Of a stretch of 32,000 nt of DNA, positions 31,934 to 32,000 are shown one piece after another (position 1 is the first letter of the stretch; every line of letters starts with the position of its first letter). Made by a program: the position numbers and the translations under genes. Under the pieces are notes generated by a model that was not told where the DNA came from, did not search any database, and saw nothing but the letters and a program-made list of their open reading frames with translations. This stretch comes from Candidatus Thalassarchaeaceae archaeon. GTDB lineage: Archaea > Thermoplasmatota > Poseidoniia > Poseidoniales > Thalassarchaeaceae. The stretch is taken from NCBI GenBank assembly GCA_045568075.1, contig JBJLBP010000001.1, positions 120,001 to 152,000 on the forward strand, read 5' to 3'.

Positions 31934-32000
31934 TCCTCATCCAAGAGTTCGCCGACCTCATCCATCAAGTCGTCCCAAGAGGGCACCTCGGGCCTATCTG

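Noticed and set aside
31930-32000. Open minus-strand frame running off the window edge, ending '...SWDDLMDEVGELLDED*' with its stop at 31930-31932.
   Set aside because: Only 23 codons are visible. It is probably the 3' end of a real upstream gene, but it is too short to call or name.
1-32000. Search for CRISPR arrays, IS elements, transposases, integrases, rRNA and prophage structural genes.
   Set aside because: I saw no regularly spaced direct repeats outside the coding repeat array. No DDE, tyrosine-recombinase or serine-recombinase motifs appear in any long ORF. I recognised no rRNA-like conserved segments.

Overview
The window reads as an archaeal chromosome segment. It carries a group II chaperonin (thermosome), an archaeal DnaG/TOPRIM protein, an Lrp/AsnC regulator and a COG1855-type KH ATPase. 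An uncultured marine Thermoplasmatota (MG-II-like) origin is only my inference from this gene set and the acidic Asp-rich surface protein. I support about 36 CDS and one tRNA-Leu(GAG). I found no rRNA, CRISPR array, transposase or integrase. Most of the window is densely packed housekeeping: eno, dnaG, purN, purH, thermosome, thrC, and peptidases. Hand counts of single 60-nt lines in this backbone give about 57-60% GC. Three patches are visibly more AT-rich. (1) 1.3-2.65 kb is an islet of orphan small genes: a membrane-tethered HTH protein, a 103-aa ORF bracketed by a 15-bp perfect direct repeat, a truncated GIY-YIG stub and a Cys-rich 156-aa ORF. (2) 11.6-13.3 kb is a convergent, 3'-overlapping pair of a permuted SPPF DNA methyltransferase and a small PD-(D/E)xK-like protein, which looks like an inserted restriction-modification-like module. 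(3) 23.5-25.6 kb is a tRNA-adjacent gene for a 712-aa esterase fused to about 12 Asp-rich calcium-binding-type repeats and a C-terminal membrane anchor. Other points worth a second look are a translationally coupled HAD-like/AGXT2L-type PLP enzyme pair divergent from a DDAH-like gene with a 12-bp perfect palindrome in the shared promoter, a glycosyltransferase/sulfotransferase pair, an uncharacterised four-gene cluster ending in a MobA-like gene, and a 277-bp hairpin-dense intergenic region upstream of dnaG. I cannot establish novelty without database searches. My best candidates for something undescribed are the 1.3-2.65 kb islet and the 11.6-13.3 kb methyltransferase/nuclease-like pair. Many track ORFs carry spurious N-terminal extensions typical of GC-rich DNA, so I trimmed starts where a canonical N-terminus and an upstream gene boundary agree.
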